Source of the DNA: a virus
Lineage: Duplodnaviria; Caudoviricetes
Length of the DNA: 64,000 bases
Direction: 5' to 3' (one strand)
Virus record (IMG/VR): IMGVR_UViG_2799112723_000003
Location: 1,425-65,424 of that record
The notes beneath the pieces were generated by a model. It saw only the letters and a program-made list of their open reading frames with translations, was not told where the DNA came from and did no database searches. Within the stretch, counting starts at the first letter, position 1. Each line of letters begins with the position of its first letter. Shown here piece by piece: positions 1 through 9,285 of this stretch. The translations under genes were made by a program, and so were the position numbers.

Positions 1-2
1 TC

Positions 3-95
3 CAATTTGTCGAGAAGCTTCCATTTGTCAAGAAGTGGCAGGAAGAACAACAGCCGGAGCCTCAGCATACAACACTTGACAAAGACGATAACTAA
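3..95 (+). CDS. 3' end of probable holin (truncated by window)
   Basis: Open frame QFVEKLPFVKKWQEEQQPEPQHTTLDKDDN* directly upstream of the endolysin candidate; the call rests mainly on position. Confidence 0.4.
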   Translation, partial: QFVEKLPFVKKWQEEQQPEPQHTTLDKDDN

Positions 96-98
96 TCA

Positions 99-545
99 GT
101 GTTTAAGCTTATGAAGATAGATCTACACAGAAAATGGCGCAAAAGTGGGTATTCCATCGGCATACTCTCTATCAACGGCCAGCGCATCTGTGAGACCCTG
201 GAGGATGAGGACCGTGGACTCTGCATGACGGACACGCTGGAGTCTATCAAGGCCCGCAAAGTCAAGGGACAGACTGCCATACCCGTTGGTACTTACCAGA
301 TTGTCTGGTCGTACTCTCCACGATTCAAGAAGATGTTGCCTCTGCTGGAAGGTGTGCCAGGCTATGAGGGTGTGCGTATCCATTCCGGCAACACGGCCAG
401 AGATACCGAGGGCTGCATACTCTGCGGACGAAACACCCAAGCCGGAACTGTTACCAACTCCCGCTATTGGACTAACAAGGTGAACACCATGATAGAGCGT
501 GCTGCCAGGAACAAGGAAGAAATCGTCATCAAAATACATTATTAA
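99..545 (+). CDS. DUF5675-family protein, putative endolysin/peptidase
   Basis: SIGILSING..CETLED, TAIPVGTY, GVRIHSGN, TEGCIL motifs; lies between the holin end and the spanin-like gene. Confidence 0.75.
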   Translation: MFKLMKIDLHRKWRKSGYSIGILSINGQRICETLEDEDRGLCMTDTLESIKARKVKGQTAIPVGTYQIVWSYSPRFKKMLPLLEGVPGYEGVRIHSGNTARDTEGCILCGRNTQAGTVTNSRYWTNKVNTMIERAARNKEEIVIKIHY

Positions 546-546
546 T

Positions 547-1041
547 ATGAAACACAAGCTCGTTGGTATCTGGATCATCATTGCCGCGTGCCTCATCCTG
601 GCGATGTGCAGCTGCAAGAACATTCAGTACATACCCATAGAAACCGTCCGTACGGAGGTGGTTCATGAGACGGATACCGTCAAGGTGTCGGACTCCACCA
701 AGACGGAAAAGGAAACCGTCATCCGCGAAGCACGTCCGGAAGACTCGCTGTTGCTGGCTCGCTTGGGCATCAAGCTACAGGACAACGAACGCCTGCTGAT
801 ACTCCTGCAGAAAGAGCTATCCGAGACAAAGAAAAACCTCTCGCAGTCGCACAGCAAGGATAGCGTACGTACAGACTCCATCCCTGTCCCCTACCCTGTC
901 CCGGCACAGCTCACTCGCTGGCAGACCTTTTGCTGCGATTACGGCAAAGTAATGCTGGGCGTCACATGTGCCTCTATTTTTCTCACAATAATAATTGTAA
1001 TAAGGTTCTTTAAGAAAGCAAGGCTCAGGCGTGAGTCGTAA
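547..1041 (+). CDS. Lipoprotein with C-terminal TM helix, unimolecular-spanin architecture
   Basis: ATG 547; signal peptide with lipobox-like LAMCS-C; coiled middle; C-terminal TM VMLGVTCASIFLTIIIVIRFF. Confidence 0.7.
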   Translation: MKHKLVGIWIIIAACLILAMCSCKNIQYIPIETVRTEVVHETDTVKVSDSTKTEKETVIREARPEDSLLLARLGIKLQDNERLLILLQKELSETKKNLSQSHSKDSVRTDSIPVPYPVPAQLTRWQTFCCDYGKVMLGVTCASIFLTIIIVIRFFKKARLRRES

Positions 1042-1093
1042 TTTTTATTTCGTTATGTGTTTTTCATATTTAAGGTTTTAGGTTTTTAGTTAT

Positions 1094-1138
1094 AAAACAA
1101 AGAGCGTCCCCGGTTCGTGAGAATCAGGGACGTTTTGT
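1094..1138. terminator. Bidirectional intrinsic terminator
   Basis: AAAAC..CGTCCC-CGGTTC-GTGA-GAATCA-GGGACG-TTTTG between convergent genes. Confidence 0.7.
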
Positions 1139-1162
1139 ATTTGTGAAGATTTTATTGAGGGG

Positions 1163-1750
1163 TTATTTGCTACCGTCCGGCTCCTTTATACAGATGTAGC
1201 CACCGCCCAGCAGATACAGCTTGACACAGTTTTCGGGTTCGTGTGGGCAGTTCTCACAAGAATCCATGCCAACTTTCACAACACTTCCACCTATCAGGTA
1301 TCCACCGAGTGGCGCCTGGGTGCGCTGCTTCTCTGCCGCTTCCTTCTCTGCCAGCTCAATACGCTGTGTCAGTGTGTACATGTAACTCTCCATCGTGTCA
1401 AGTTGTTTGCGCAACAACTGGCGTTCTGCTTCTGGCAACTTACGGAACATCTGGGTAAACGTGAACTCACGTCCCTTTAGGTAGCGTTCTTTCAGCTGTT
1501 CCTTCTCGATGTACATACGGTCTATGTGCGTCTCGCTGACACGGTAGGCACGTTCAAACACTTCCTTGGGCGACCAGCTGCGGTAGTTGTCGCCGTCCTC
1601 GCCATACTCCACCAGATAGCCCGGTGTCTGCTCACGTCCTTCTACTGCTGACGTGTCAATGTGGCGTTTCAACACTTTCTCGGCTTCGCCAAGAGTCATC
1701 GGGCAAGCCTTTACGGTCTTGGTGCCCGTGAACTGAATCATTTTCTCCAT
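1163..1750 (-). CDS. Phage protein resembling the crAss001_48-related family
   Basis: TKTVKACPM..GYLVEY..Y.SWSPKEVFERAY followed by a helical RQLLRKQLDTMESY segment. Confidence 0.5.
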   Translation of the reverse strand: MEKMIQFTGTKTVKACPMTLGEAEKVLKRHIDTSAVEGREQTPGYLVEYGEDGDNYRSWSPKEVFERAYRVSETHIDRMYIEKEQLKERYLKGREFTFTQMFRKLPEAERQLLRKQLDTMESYMYTLTQRIELAEKEAAEKQRTQAPLGGYLIGGSVVKVGMDSCENCPHEPENCVKLYLLGGGYICIKEPDGSK

Positions 1751-1800
1751 TGTTGTTTTTTGTTATTAATTTGTTATTACTGTGCTGGCAACTCCAGCGG

Positions 1801-2151
1801 TTATACAAATTCTATGAAATCTGTCTTACACTCCATGAAGAATTCTTCAAAGTAGATAGGCAGACCGATGGCCGTAGCCACGTCAAACTCCACCTTGCAT
1901 CCTTTCGAGTGCGTCCAGCCCTTCATCATGAAGATGGCATCACACCCCAGCAACAGGGTAATATCCCGGAGCATGTGCTGATGGGTGGTTACGTCTTCCG
2001 GATGCCGGTCTGCCACAGCAATAGGGTTGACTGGTTCATAACCCATACTCTCCATGACTGCTTCAGCCACTTCAAAAACACCCCTGCGTTCGTCCAGATC
2101 ATGTCCGCTTATCGGGCCACTGATGTAAATACGCTTCTTCATTCTATCCAT
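1801..2151 (-). CDS. DUF4406 / nucleoside 2-deoxyribosyltransferase-like protein
   Basis: IYISGPISG, GYEPVNP, DITLLLGCDAIFMMKGWTHSKGCKVE motifs. Confidence 0.8.
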   Translation of the reverse strand: MDRMKKRIYISGPISGHDLDERRGVFEVAEAVMESMGYEPVNPIAVADRHPEDVTTHQHMLRDITLLLGCDAIFMMKGWTHSKGCKVEFDVATAIGLPIYFEEFFMECKTDFIEFV

Positions 2152-2630
2152 CCTTCTTTCTTTAGTTTCTTGATAAAGTTCTCTTCATTCAATGCCTGGC
2201 GGTAGATGCAATCCTTCTCCATGATGACAGAGTGATTGATGACCGGTGCCTGGCATATCTCTCCAGTAGTCTTGTTGTACATGAACAACGTCAGTCCCTT
2301 GCGCTCCTTCTGCTGACCCACCAGCTTCATGTCCAGTGGCAGCTTCTTGGGCTGATGAATGCGCAACACCCACTTAAAGGCTTCCTTGATAGTTCGCCAC
2401 AGCTTGCGCCAGAAGGTGTCGTACAGCTCCCACTCGTCCTGTGCCCAGATTTCAAGAGCCATGCCCTTTTTCTCAAATATATACAGGTTCTTCTTGATGG
2501 CCGCAATCTTCATAACAGGCTGCTCGTAGTTGTAGCTCTCCAGGGGCTTCCTCCTGATGACGTCGCCAACTTTGAACTTCGGTGCGACCTCGTTCTTGCC
2601 TCTCAGCAGTCTAATCCTTCTTTTCGCCAT
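2139..2630 (-). CDS. Hypothetical phage protein
   Basis: Co-oriented ORF in the early operon, likely start MAKRR; contains KFKVGDVI. Confidence 0.6.
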   Translation of the reverse strand: MAKRRIRLLRGKNEVAPKFKVGDVIRRKPLESYNYEQPVMKIAAIKKNLYIFEKKGMALEIWAQDEWELYDTFWRKLWRTIKEAFKWVLRIHQPKKLPLDMKLVGQQKERKGLTLFMYNKTTGEICQAPVINHSVIMEKDCIYRQALNEENFIKKLKKEGWIE

Positions 2631-3090
2631 CGCCTGTCTTCTTTTTAGCTGCATACTCAAACACGTCCACGGTCTTTGTCTCGCTGACGCTGGAGATGAC
2701 GTAGTCTATCATCGACCCGCCCATCGCCTCGTCGATGTTCCTCCTGGCACCCTCAAACGAGCCGGCTTGCACCAGGTAGTAGACATTTGTCCGCTTCTCC
2801 TTGTCGGTCTTCTCGTCAATAGTGATAAACTGGAGCTTGGCTTTGTACCATTTGTCGGCCATGTCTTCATCTGAGAAGAATATCTCCTTGAATACTGCCC
2901 GGTCAATCTCCCACACCTCAAACTCGCCGCTGATGTAGCTCGACATCTCTTCCATGATGCGTGCCTCAGCTTCCGTGAACGACAGGGCGTCCACCACGTA
3001 AATCTCTGTCACCATCTTCTGCAGTCCGTCTTCCATCGTCTTCTCGTAGCGAATCTTGCAGATAAACCAATTCGCTGTTCTTGATCTCAT
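2611..3090 (-). CDS. DUF4494-family protein
   Basis: WFICKIRYEKTMEDG..YVVDALSFTEAEARI signature typical of Bacteroidota. Confidence 0.8.
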   Translation of the reverse strand: MRSRTANWFICKIRYEKTMEDGLQKMVTEIYVVDALSFTEAEARIMEEMSSYISGEFEVWEIDRAVFKEIFFSDEDMADKWYKAKLQFITIDEKTDKEKRTNVYYLVQAGSFEGARRNIDEAMGGSMIDYVISSVSETKTVDVFEYAAKKKTGDGEKKD

Positions 3091-3121
3091 TGTTGTTAAA
3101 TTTTTAAAGGGTTTGTAAATA

Positions 3122-3553
3122 TTATTGCTTAGGCCAGCACTCAGAATTGAAGTTGGCCATCATGGCACACATTTTCATGGCAATATCGTCGCTGTACACT
3201 ATCCACCACTGACAGGGAGCGTCCTGGTCTTGCTTCCGAAGACTATTCAACAGGTCTCCTATGGTGTATATGAAATATCGCTGTTCTTTGGTCAGTTCGT
3301 TTGGGTTGACATAGTCTTCCAATTTTTCATCGACACAAAATGTAGCTCTCATATTCACACTATATCCGTCGCTGTTTTTTATAAGTACCAGGCCAAATAT
3401 ATATTTATTAGGATCTTTCTCTTCCAACAGTTGCACCAGATTGCCCACTGAGTTATTAATGACACCCAGCGTCTTCTCGTACTGCTCGCACTCTAACGGG
3501 TCATAAAACCTTCTTCCGTCTTTGGCCTTGTAAATGATAGTTTCTACTTCCAT
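3122..3553 (-). CDS. Hypothetical phage protein
   Basis: 143-aa ORF co-oriented with the operon. Confidence 0.6.
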   Translation of the reverse strand: MEVETIIYKAKDGRRFYDPLECEQYEKTLGVINNSVGNLVQLLEEKDPNKYIFGLVLIKNSDGYSVNMRATFCVDEKLEDYVNPNELTKEQRYFIYTIGDLLNSLRKQDQDAPCQWWIVYSDDIAMKMCAMMANFNSECWPKQ

Positions 3554-3559
3554 ATCCTA

Positions 3560-4054
3560 CTACATGTTATTTAATGACTGATTGTTACGTCTTGTTTCCC
3601 ATGCCTTCATGGCTTTTGCCCGTACTTCCACTGGATGCTGACGATACCAGCGCTTCATCTTCTCCGAAATCTTGGATAGTACTTCAGCCGGCAACTTATT
3701 TCCTGGCTTAAACTCGCCAGCAGGGTTATGGTGCTCCCCTTTCTTGAAACCGCCTGGTATTCCTTTACGCTTGCTGGCAGCTTGCGCCATGATTCTTCTT
3801 TCATCCCACACTGTTGACAGCCATTCCTGGTCTTTCTCCAGTCCCAGCTCGCGTGCCTTGCGTATCATGGTGCGCTGACTGACTCCCAGACACCCTGCCA
3901 GCTCTTCATTGAGCGTGTTCGGAAAATGCTGGCGCAAGTAGTCAATCATCTGCTTGCTCCAATGGATTCGCGTAGCATAGCCCTGTTTTTCCATGATGCG
4001 TCCATAATAAGCATGGTATCTCACACCGTCAGGCTTTCGTTCATATTTTGCCAT
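3560..4054 (-). CDS. Putative DNA-binding protein (HTH plus NUMOD3-like FKKG/FKPG motifs)
   Basis: NEELAGCLGVSQRTMIRKARELGL HTH-like segment; FKKGEHHNPAGEFKPGN. Confidence 0.6.
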   Translation of the reverse strand: MAKYERKPDGVRYHAYYGRIMEKQGYATRIHWSKQMIDYLRQHFPNTLNEELAGCLGVSQRTMIRKARELGLEKDQEWLSTVWDERRIMAQAASKRKGIPGGFKKGEHHNPAGEFKPGNKLPAEVLSKISEKMKRWYRQHPVEVRAKAMKAWETRRNNQSLNNM

Positions 4055-4071
4055 AATTTTTATGATTTTGT

Positions 4072-5124
4072 TTATTTAAAGTATTCTATACATCTGAATC
4101 CCTTCCTGGGCTGGAACTCTTCAAAGCTGTGCGCCACAAAGTGCGCTTTCTTGTTGACCCAGCCCGCCATATCCTTCTGCCATTGGGGGATGGGCCTGTG
4201 TGGATTGCTCGGGTCACGGTATGGCTGGGCGTAGGCATATACCCAGTTGCCAGAGTGACGTTCTCGCTGTTCCTGCAGCTTGTCCCACCAATAGTGGATG
4301 CGGCTGTAGCATTCCTGAAAGTTGTCATTGAGCATGGTGTACAGGAAGAACTCACCCTTAAAACCATGGCTGATAATCATCTCCATAGCACGCTCACAGT
4401 CTTCTATCTGCTTCTGGGTGTCACAGCCAAAGCGGATGCGGTTTTTATCTAGCCACTTCACCTGGGCCAGTTTCCGTGCAAAGTCATCGGTGACCAGTCT
4501 GGCGTCCAGTGCCTGGTTGAAGTCCACCCGGTAGCCTCGGCTGATGATCTTGTCTAACTGCTCATGGGCATAGTCGCCTGCTGCCAGGAAGTTGTTATCC
4601 ATCAACACCAGCTTATGGCGTCCCTCAATGGCTATCTCGTCTACGTCCATGTAGGGTCTGATGGCTCCTTCCTTCTTGGGCACTACACACCAGCTGCACT
4701 TGTTCGGGCATCCGCGAGTCAGGAAACCGTAGGCAGTATCCTCCGGGATAAGCGGATAGATGCTGTAGTCGGGCTGGCAATGGTCTATCTCCTTGGGAAG
4801 CTCAGCCCAATACCACACACTATCCCAAAATTGAGGTCTATATCCGGGCATATCCTTTTCACTGATGACATATCCTGTACCACCTTTTATAATTCGGTCT
4901 GTATTGTTGATGATGTAATCATAGTCTGGGGAGAAGTTGAACACCTTAGACATATATACCCGGTCATAGTGTTCACCGAACGGACTGTACCACTCCACTT
5001 CGTCACCATGCTCCTTATGGAAGCGGGCAATCTTAGCCAGCGCAATATTGGGATATATCGTCGCTCCCCACTTCTTTTTCTTCGCATGACCGTCCACGTC
5101 TATCAGTCCTATCCTCATTGTCAA
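4072..5124 (-). CDS. Radical SAM protein
   Basis: TRGCPNKCSWC (CxxxCxxC), LMDNNFLA, DFNQALDAR; N-terminal PNIALAKIA..H..GD.VEW segment. Confidence 0.85.
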   Translation of the reverse strand: MTMRIGLIDVDGHAKKKKWGATIYPNIALAKIARFHKEHGDEVEWYSPFGEHYDRVYMSKVFNFSPDYDYIINNTDRIIKGGTGYVISEKDMPGYRPQFWDSVWYWAELPKEIDHCQPDYSIYPLIPEDTAYGFLTRGCPNKCSWCVVPKKEGAIRPYMDVDEIAIEGRHKLVLMDNNFLAAGDYAHEQLDKIISRGYRVDFNQALDARLVTDDFARKLAQVKWLDKNRIRFGCDTQKQIEDCERAMEMIISHGFKGEFFLYTMLNDNFQECYSRIHYWWDKLQEQRERHSGNWVYAYAQPYRDPSNPHRPIPQWQKDMAGWVNKKAHFVAHSFEEFQPRKGFRCIEYFK

Positions 5125-5780
5125 TCAAATATTGATGTTTGTACTGCGTTCTGGTACTCTATGCGCCCGGTGGAACGCTTCTCCCTGGCTGTCAGCTTAC
5201 GAGGCTTCACGGCCTCCTTCAGCTGCTCTTTCAGTTCTTCCATCTTCTCGTCACTCACTATACGACGTTGAGGCTGCATAGCCTCAGCAGGCGTTGACGG
5301 ACATTCCATCTTCATCATGTTTTGGGGCTTATGCTGCTGCATCATGCCCAGCCTGACGGCAATAGCATCACGCCACATCTGGTAGAAGTCGTCAATGGCA
5401 TCCGTCATCAGGTGCCCGTGCTCGTCGTCCCAGTGCTCACGCTTGAACTGTTGCACTCGTATCCAGGCATCAGAAGCGTTAAGCACTTTTCTGGTCTTTG
5501 ACTTGGCCGTGACATCATGCTCAAAGAAGCGGGTCTTCTTTCCACATACCAGGTAACAGTCATCGTGGGGCACATTTTGGGCATCCAGCGACAACTGTTC
5601 CTTGCGGAAGTGGTGACAGATGGGCTTCGCCAGTCCACTGGGCATAAACTGCACGTTCACCCATCCGGCCCACTGCGTATCGGCCCACAGATCGTTGTCA
5701 ACCACCTCACCCTGGTACACGATCTCACACTTCTTTGCAAAGTCGTACCAGCACAGATATACTACAGTCCCCTTATCCAT
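5121..5780 (-). CDS. Hypothetical phage protein
   Basis: 219-aa ORF overlapping the start of the radical SAM gene (ATGA coupling). Confidence 0.65.
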   Translation of the reverse strand: MDKGTVVYLCWYDFAKKCEIVYQGEVVDNDLWADTQWAGWVNVQFMPSGLAKPICHHFRKEQLSLDAQNVPHDDCYLVCGKKTRFFEHDVTAKSKTRKVLNASDAWIRVQQFKREHWDDEHGHLMTDAIDDFYQMWRDAIAVRLGMMQQHKPQNMMKMECPSTPAEAMQPQRRIVSDEKMEELKEQLKEAVKPRKLTAREKRSTGRIEYQNAVQTSIFD

Positions 5781-5788
5781 AGTTGCTT

Positions 5789-6016
5789 CTATTTAATTCG
5801 TTCTATTCGTTTCGTTTTCTCCAATGTCTGCTTCGCTATGCCGTCCATCTGCTCCTGCGTGACCTCGATGATAACCTTGATGCCTGCAGGCTTCTTCTTA
5901 ACCTTAAACTCCACTGAAAACGGTGTTGTTTCCAACATACTAGTCAGAGCTTGCATTACCTGCTCTCTTTTCTCTTCGTCTGTCATATTATTCTCCTTCT
6001 TGTTTAACCAAACCAT
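5789..6016 (-). CDS. Small hypothetical protein
   Basis: Operonic ORF; true start may be MTDEEK (~5986). Confidence 0.55.
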   Translation of the reverse strand: MVWLNKKENNMTDEEKREQVMQALTSMLETTPFSVEFKVKKKPAGIKVIIEVTQEQMDGIAKQTLEKTKRIERIK

Positions 6017-6399
6017 TTCTCGACCTTCATCTTGCCACGCTTGTTGATGACCAGCTCGCCTGCATCATAGAAATACTCGTCGGTATCGGCACGAAGGATT
6101 CTGCAGAGCGCCTTATTGCCATCCTGACAGCAATCGTTTCTCAGCTCGCACACCTCGCACGGACAGCGCAGGGCACCGTTATCCTTGTATTTCTTCTCGT
6201 TTGTCAGACGGTACACATGACCAAAGACGACGATGAAGTTATAGCCGTTCCAGTCGGCATTAATCTTGTCGATGTACTCCTGCTGTGTCGGTCCGATACC
6301 GCCCGTCATGAACGCTGTTAAGTCAGCAGCAGCCTTTCCGAGCTCATCGGCCATTTCCTGAAGTGCCTCCGTTGTGGTCTTTTGATTCTTCTTTGCCAT
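6004..6399 (-). CDS. Hypothetical protein with CxCxxC..C cluster
   Basis: CPCEVCELRNDCC motif; operonic. Confidence 0.6.
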   Translation of the reverse strand: MAKKNQKTTTEALQEMADELGKAAADLTAFMTGGIGPTQQEYIDKINADWNGYNFIVVFGHVYRLTNEKKYKDNGALRCPCEVCELRNDCCQDGNKALCRILRADTDEYFYDAGELVINKRGKMKVEKWFG

Positions 6400-6406
6400 A
6401 GGTCCT

Positions 6407-6793
6407 TTATTTTTCTTTCCTTTCTTTATAGTCTTTAAATCGTTTCAATACTTCTTGATACGGATTATTACAATCAACACATTGATTTAACAGTTTATCA
6501 ATGGTCTTTATATCTTCCCACGTCAGTTCCAAGTCTTTCTCTGCTTGGTGGTAGCCTTCGATATATTCTGCGCAAACACCTTTAAGGTGCATTTCTATCC
6601 ATTCTTCACTTGCACCTTTATGCACGGGAAATCTCTCCAACGCTCTTTCTTCTGCCTTACTCATATTATTTTCCTTTCTGTGCTTTAGTTTTTTCTTTAT
6701 ATATCTTTGGTGCAATTCTCTATTTTTTATTATAAAAGGATTATAATTCATACTTATACAATACATTGCATTTATATAATTATTTAGTTCCAT
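6407..6793 (-). CDS. Small AT-rich hypothetical protein
   Basis: Contains EKDLELTWEDIK, a style seen in Bacteroidota phage mini-genes; start uncertain. Confidence 0.5.
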   Translation of the reverse strand: MELNNYINAMYCISMNYNPFIIKNRELHQRYIKKKLKHRKENNMSKAEERALERFPVHKGASEEWIEMHLKGVCAEYIEGYHQAEKDLELTWEDIKTIDKLLNQCVDCNNPYQEVLKRFKDYKERKEK

Positions 6794-6806
6794 CTTATTC
6801 TCCTTT

Positions 6807-7124
6807 CTATGTTTTATTACCTACTGCCATACCAAGTTCAAAGAAATGTTTGGCAGTAAAAGCCATCATTTCTGATACAGTTCTTACATGCCTATTCCCA
6901 AACCATTCCTTTTCAAGGAACTTATGATAATAGTCATTCAAGTCCACCTCTTTCACTTCAAGTGTGTTGATGGTAGAGATAATTAAATTCAACTCATTTG
7001 CAATCATCTCGTTAAGCACAGATTCCTGCCCGATAGATTTAAGATTATGTTGTCTTGTTAAAGCAGCATCCCTTCTTTTTATTATCTCCGCTACTAAAGC
7101 GGATTTTGATATATACTGTTCCAT
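6807..7124 (-). CDS. Small hypothetical protein
   Basis: MEQYISKSALVAEI..LEVKEVDL..AKHFFELG pattern. Confidence 0.6.
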   Translation of the reverse strand: MEQYISKSALVAEIIKRRDAALTRQHNLKSIGQESVLNEMIANELNLIISTINTLEVKEVDLNDYYHKFLEKEWFGNRHVRTVSEMMAFTAKHFFELGMAVGNKT

Positions 7125-7127
7125 AAC

Positions 7128-7226
7128 TTAATAATATAACTGTTCGTAACTATCTACACCAAGGCAGAAGTATCTCCAGCCATTCCATATAAAACCTTCC
7201 GTAAATGATGAATAAATTCCTTTCAT
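7128..7226 (-). CDS. 32-aa ORF not in track (MKGIYSSFTEGFIWNGWRYFCLGVDSYEQLYY)
   Basis: Fills the gap between two coupled mini-genes exactly. Confidence 0.45.
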   Translation of the reverse strand: MKGIYSSFTEGFIWNGWRYFCLGVDSYEQLYY

Positions 7227-7229
7227 AAC

Positions 7230-7484
7230 TTATTTGCGAATTAAGATATAGTCCTTCAAAAGCTCTTCAATATGCTCATCAGTCCACACTGGTTCATTCG
7301 CATCAACACTTGAAATAAACCATTGTTTAAGGTCTGCTTCATTGCACGCTTTCGACAAAAATTCCTTGACGCCCTCATATTTGCCTTGCTCAAAAGCGTC
7401 TGACACATCCTCTCTTCCTGGGTCGCGTGAACAATCCCAAAATGGATGTAGGTCTCTATTATATATATACTCTTGCCCTGTCAT
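7230..7484 (-). CDS. Small hypothetical protein
   Basis: Operonic ORF, coupled junction. Confidence 0.55.
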   Translation of the reverse strand: MTGQEYIYNRDLHPFWDCSRDPGREDVSDAFEQGKYEGVKEFLSKACNEADLKQWFISSVDANEPVWTDEHIEELLKDYILIRK

Positions 7485-7487
7485 ACC

Positions 7488-7739
7488 TTACTCTCCTTTC
7501 ATGTATTCTACAAATGCTCTTATAAAAGAGTCTAAAGACTTGTATTCTGCTCTTAACTCAACCCATTCACTGCTTCCGATTTTACAATCCTCCTCTTCTA
7601 TGTTTTCTTCAAAAAAATCACAAGCCTTCTCAATAAAGGCATCTTCCCTCACATAAGTAGTGTCACCTTCAAGCGGTGTCACCATTGCATCGTTGTAGTC
7701 GAAGATGTATATTCTCTCAGGCATTTCGTTTGCTTTCAT
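7488..7739 (-). CDS. Small hypothetical protein
   Basis: MKANEMPERIYI..YVREDAFIEKAC..FVEYMKGE pattern. Confidence 0.6.
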   Translation of the reverse strand: MKANEMPERIYIFDYNDAMVTPLEGDTTYVREDAFIEKACDFFEENIEEEDCKIGSSEWVELRAEYKSLDSFIRAFVEYMKGE

Positions 7740-7948
7740 AACTTACTCTTCTTATATTCTAATATTTCCAAAAACATATCTAATACATCGTCCGTTACAT
7801 CTATCTTTTCAGAGAAATCAGATTGTATGCCATTTTTATATGGAGTACTTGTAATATACAGCCTTCCATCTTCAAACCTTAGTCTATTGTCAAGTTCGAT
7901 AGTTTCACATTGAACTGAACCAACTTTTATTCCTTCAACTTTTTCCAT
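7736..7948 (-). CDS. Small hypothetical protein
   Basis: Operonic ORF with 4-nt overlap. Confidence 0.5.
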   Translation of the reverse strand: MEKVEGIKVGSVQCETIELDNRLRFEDGRLYITSTPYKNGIQSDFSEKIDVTDDVLDMFLEILEYKKSKL

Positions 7949-7951
7949 ACC

Positions 7952-8956
7952 TTATTCCTCCCTTAGTTTCTTTAATTGTTTTTCCAATTCTATAAGAATC
8001 TCTGATAATGCTGGGTGCTCGTCAAAATCATCCGTAACAAAAGACCTTGCAAGTCTTATTGCTTTTATCTGCTCATCACTCGGCTTCCAAGAGTATCTTT
8101 CTTTGAGGGATTTGAGAAAAGTTACTATATCTCCAAATTTAATATCATCACCACAAGTGTCGTTACAACGAAAACGAGTATCATAAAACCACAATAAGTA
8201 ATTAAGTATTTTCTCATCCTCTTCACTCCAAGCAGGCTTCTGCTCACCATAGACACATTCATCCACAATCTTATTGTAAGTGTCAGAGTCAATACCCAGA
8301 CTTTCTTCTGGAGTCTTCATTTCTATGGTAGGCTTCTGCTCTCCTTGCTTTTCATACTCTTCTTTCGGGAGTTTTGCTAATTCATCATAATCAATAACCC
8401 AAACATCGCTAACAAGTGCTCCGGATGGAGATTTAGCCACGCACCCATACTTGTTGAGAATAAGCGAATCTCTCGATAATGGTGTGTTGTCTTTCTTGTA
8501 TTTCCATTTAGGTAGAGTAGGCTTCTGCTTACATTGCTTTTCAAGCCAAGTAACAATTTGTTTAGGTGTGATATTGTCCAAAGCATGAGAACCTCCATCT
8601 TTATCAAATGAATAATATTTGATTAGTGCTTTTCTTGTCCTCTCATCCTCAGACTCTTCTTTGAGTTCGGGGAAGATATGCACAAGGTTCTTATAATTAG
8701 GAATATCTCTTATACCAGGGCCATCTGCTTCAGAACCATCAGAAGGCCAATATAGTTTACCTGTAATAGGATTAAATTTAGCAACCTCTTTTCCTTCTTC
8801 AATATCAATTGTTAAACGTAATTTTTCAACAACAGTACCACAAGGTGCTACATAAGTTAAAGGCAATTTTTTAACAACAATACCAGTAACATTATCCTCT
8901 TTTTTAAATAAACTTTTAGTTTGTCTTATAAAATTTTTAAAGATACCCATAATCAC
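7952..8956 (-). CDS. Mosaic hypothetical protein with EQKP/WSEEDE/WKPSDEQ modules
   Basis: ELKEESEDERTRKAL, EQKPAWSEEDEKIL and WKPSDEQIKAI modules. Confidence 0.65.
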   Translation of the reverse strand: MIMGIFKNFIRQTKSLFKKEDNVTGIVVKKLPLTYVAPCGTVVEKLRLTIDIEEGKEVAKFNPITGKLYWPSDGSEADGPGIRDIPNYKNLVHIFPELKEESEDERTRKALIKYYSFDKDGGSHALDNITPKQIVTWLEKQCKQKPTLPKWKYKKDNTPLSRDSLILNKYGCVAKSPSGALVSDVWVIDYDELAKLPKEEYEKQGEQKPTIEMKTPEESLGIDSDTYNKIVDECVYGEQKPAWSEEDEKILNYLLWFYDTRFRCNDTCGDDIKFGDIVTFLKSLKERYSWKPSDEQIKAIRLARSFVTDDFDEHPALSEILIELEKQLKKLREE

Positions 8957-9027
8957 AGCATTTTAAGTTCATATAACTTCAATATAAGTTCGTTGCAAGT
9001 CACTAAATTCTTTAATTGTTGCCATAG

Positions 9028-9285
9028 TTATTTCTCCTTATCTTTAAATACTACTACACTATCTACCGCTACACCATCTTTGTAGGTTATCTCAAGAGTA
9101 GTCTTCCCTTTATAAACATCCATTGCTGATGGTTTGTTTTCATCACTCAATTTAATTATTCCAGAAAGCAATAACATAAACCCAATTGAAACAAATAAAG
9201 TGGGTGTTGGATTTACATTAGAATAAATACCCTCTGCTACACCTAATATAATCAAAATGAGTCCAATTATAAGTAATATAACCAT
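9028..9285 (-). CDS. Small two-TM membrane protein
   Basis: Two hydrophobic helices; flanked by identical 18-bp junction repeats at 9022-9039 and 9282-9299. Confidence 0.6.
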   Translation of the reverse strand: MVILLIIGLILIILGVAEGIYSNVNPTPTLFVSIGFMLLLSGIIKLSDENKPSAMDVYKGKTTLEITYKDGVAVDSVVVFKDKEK

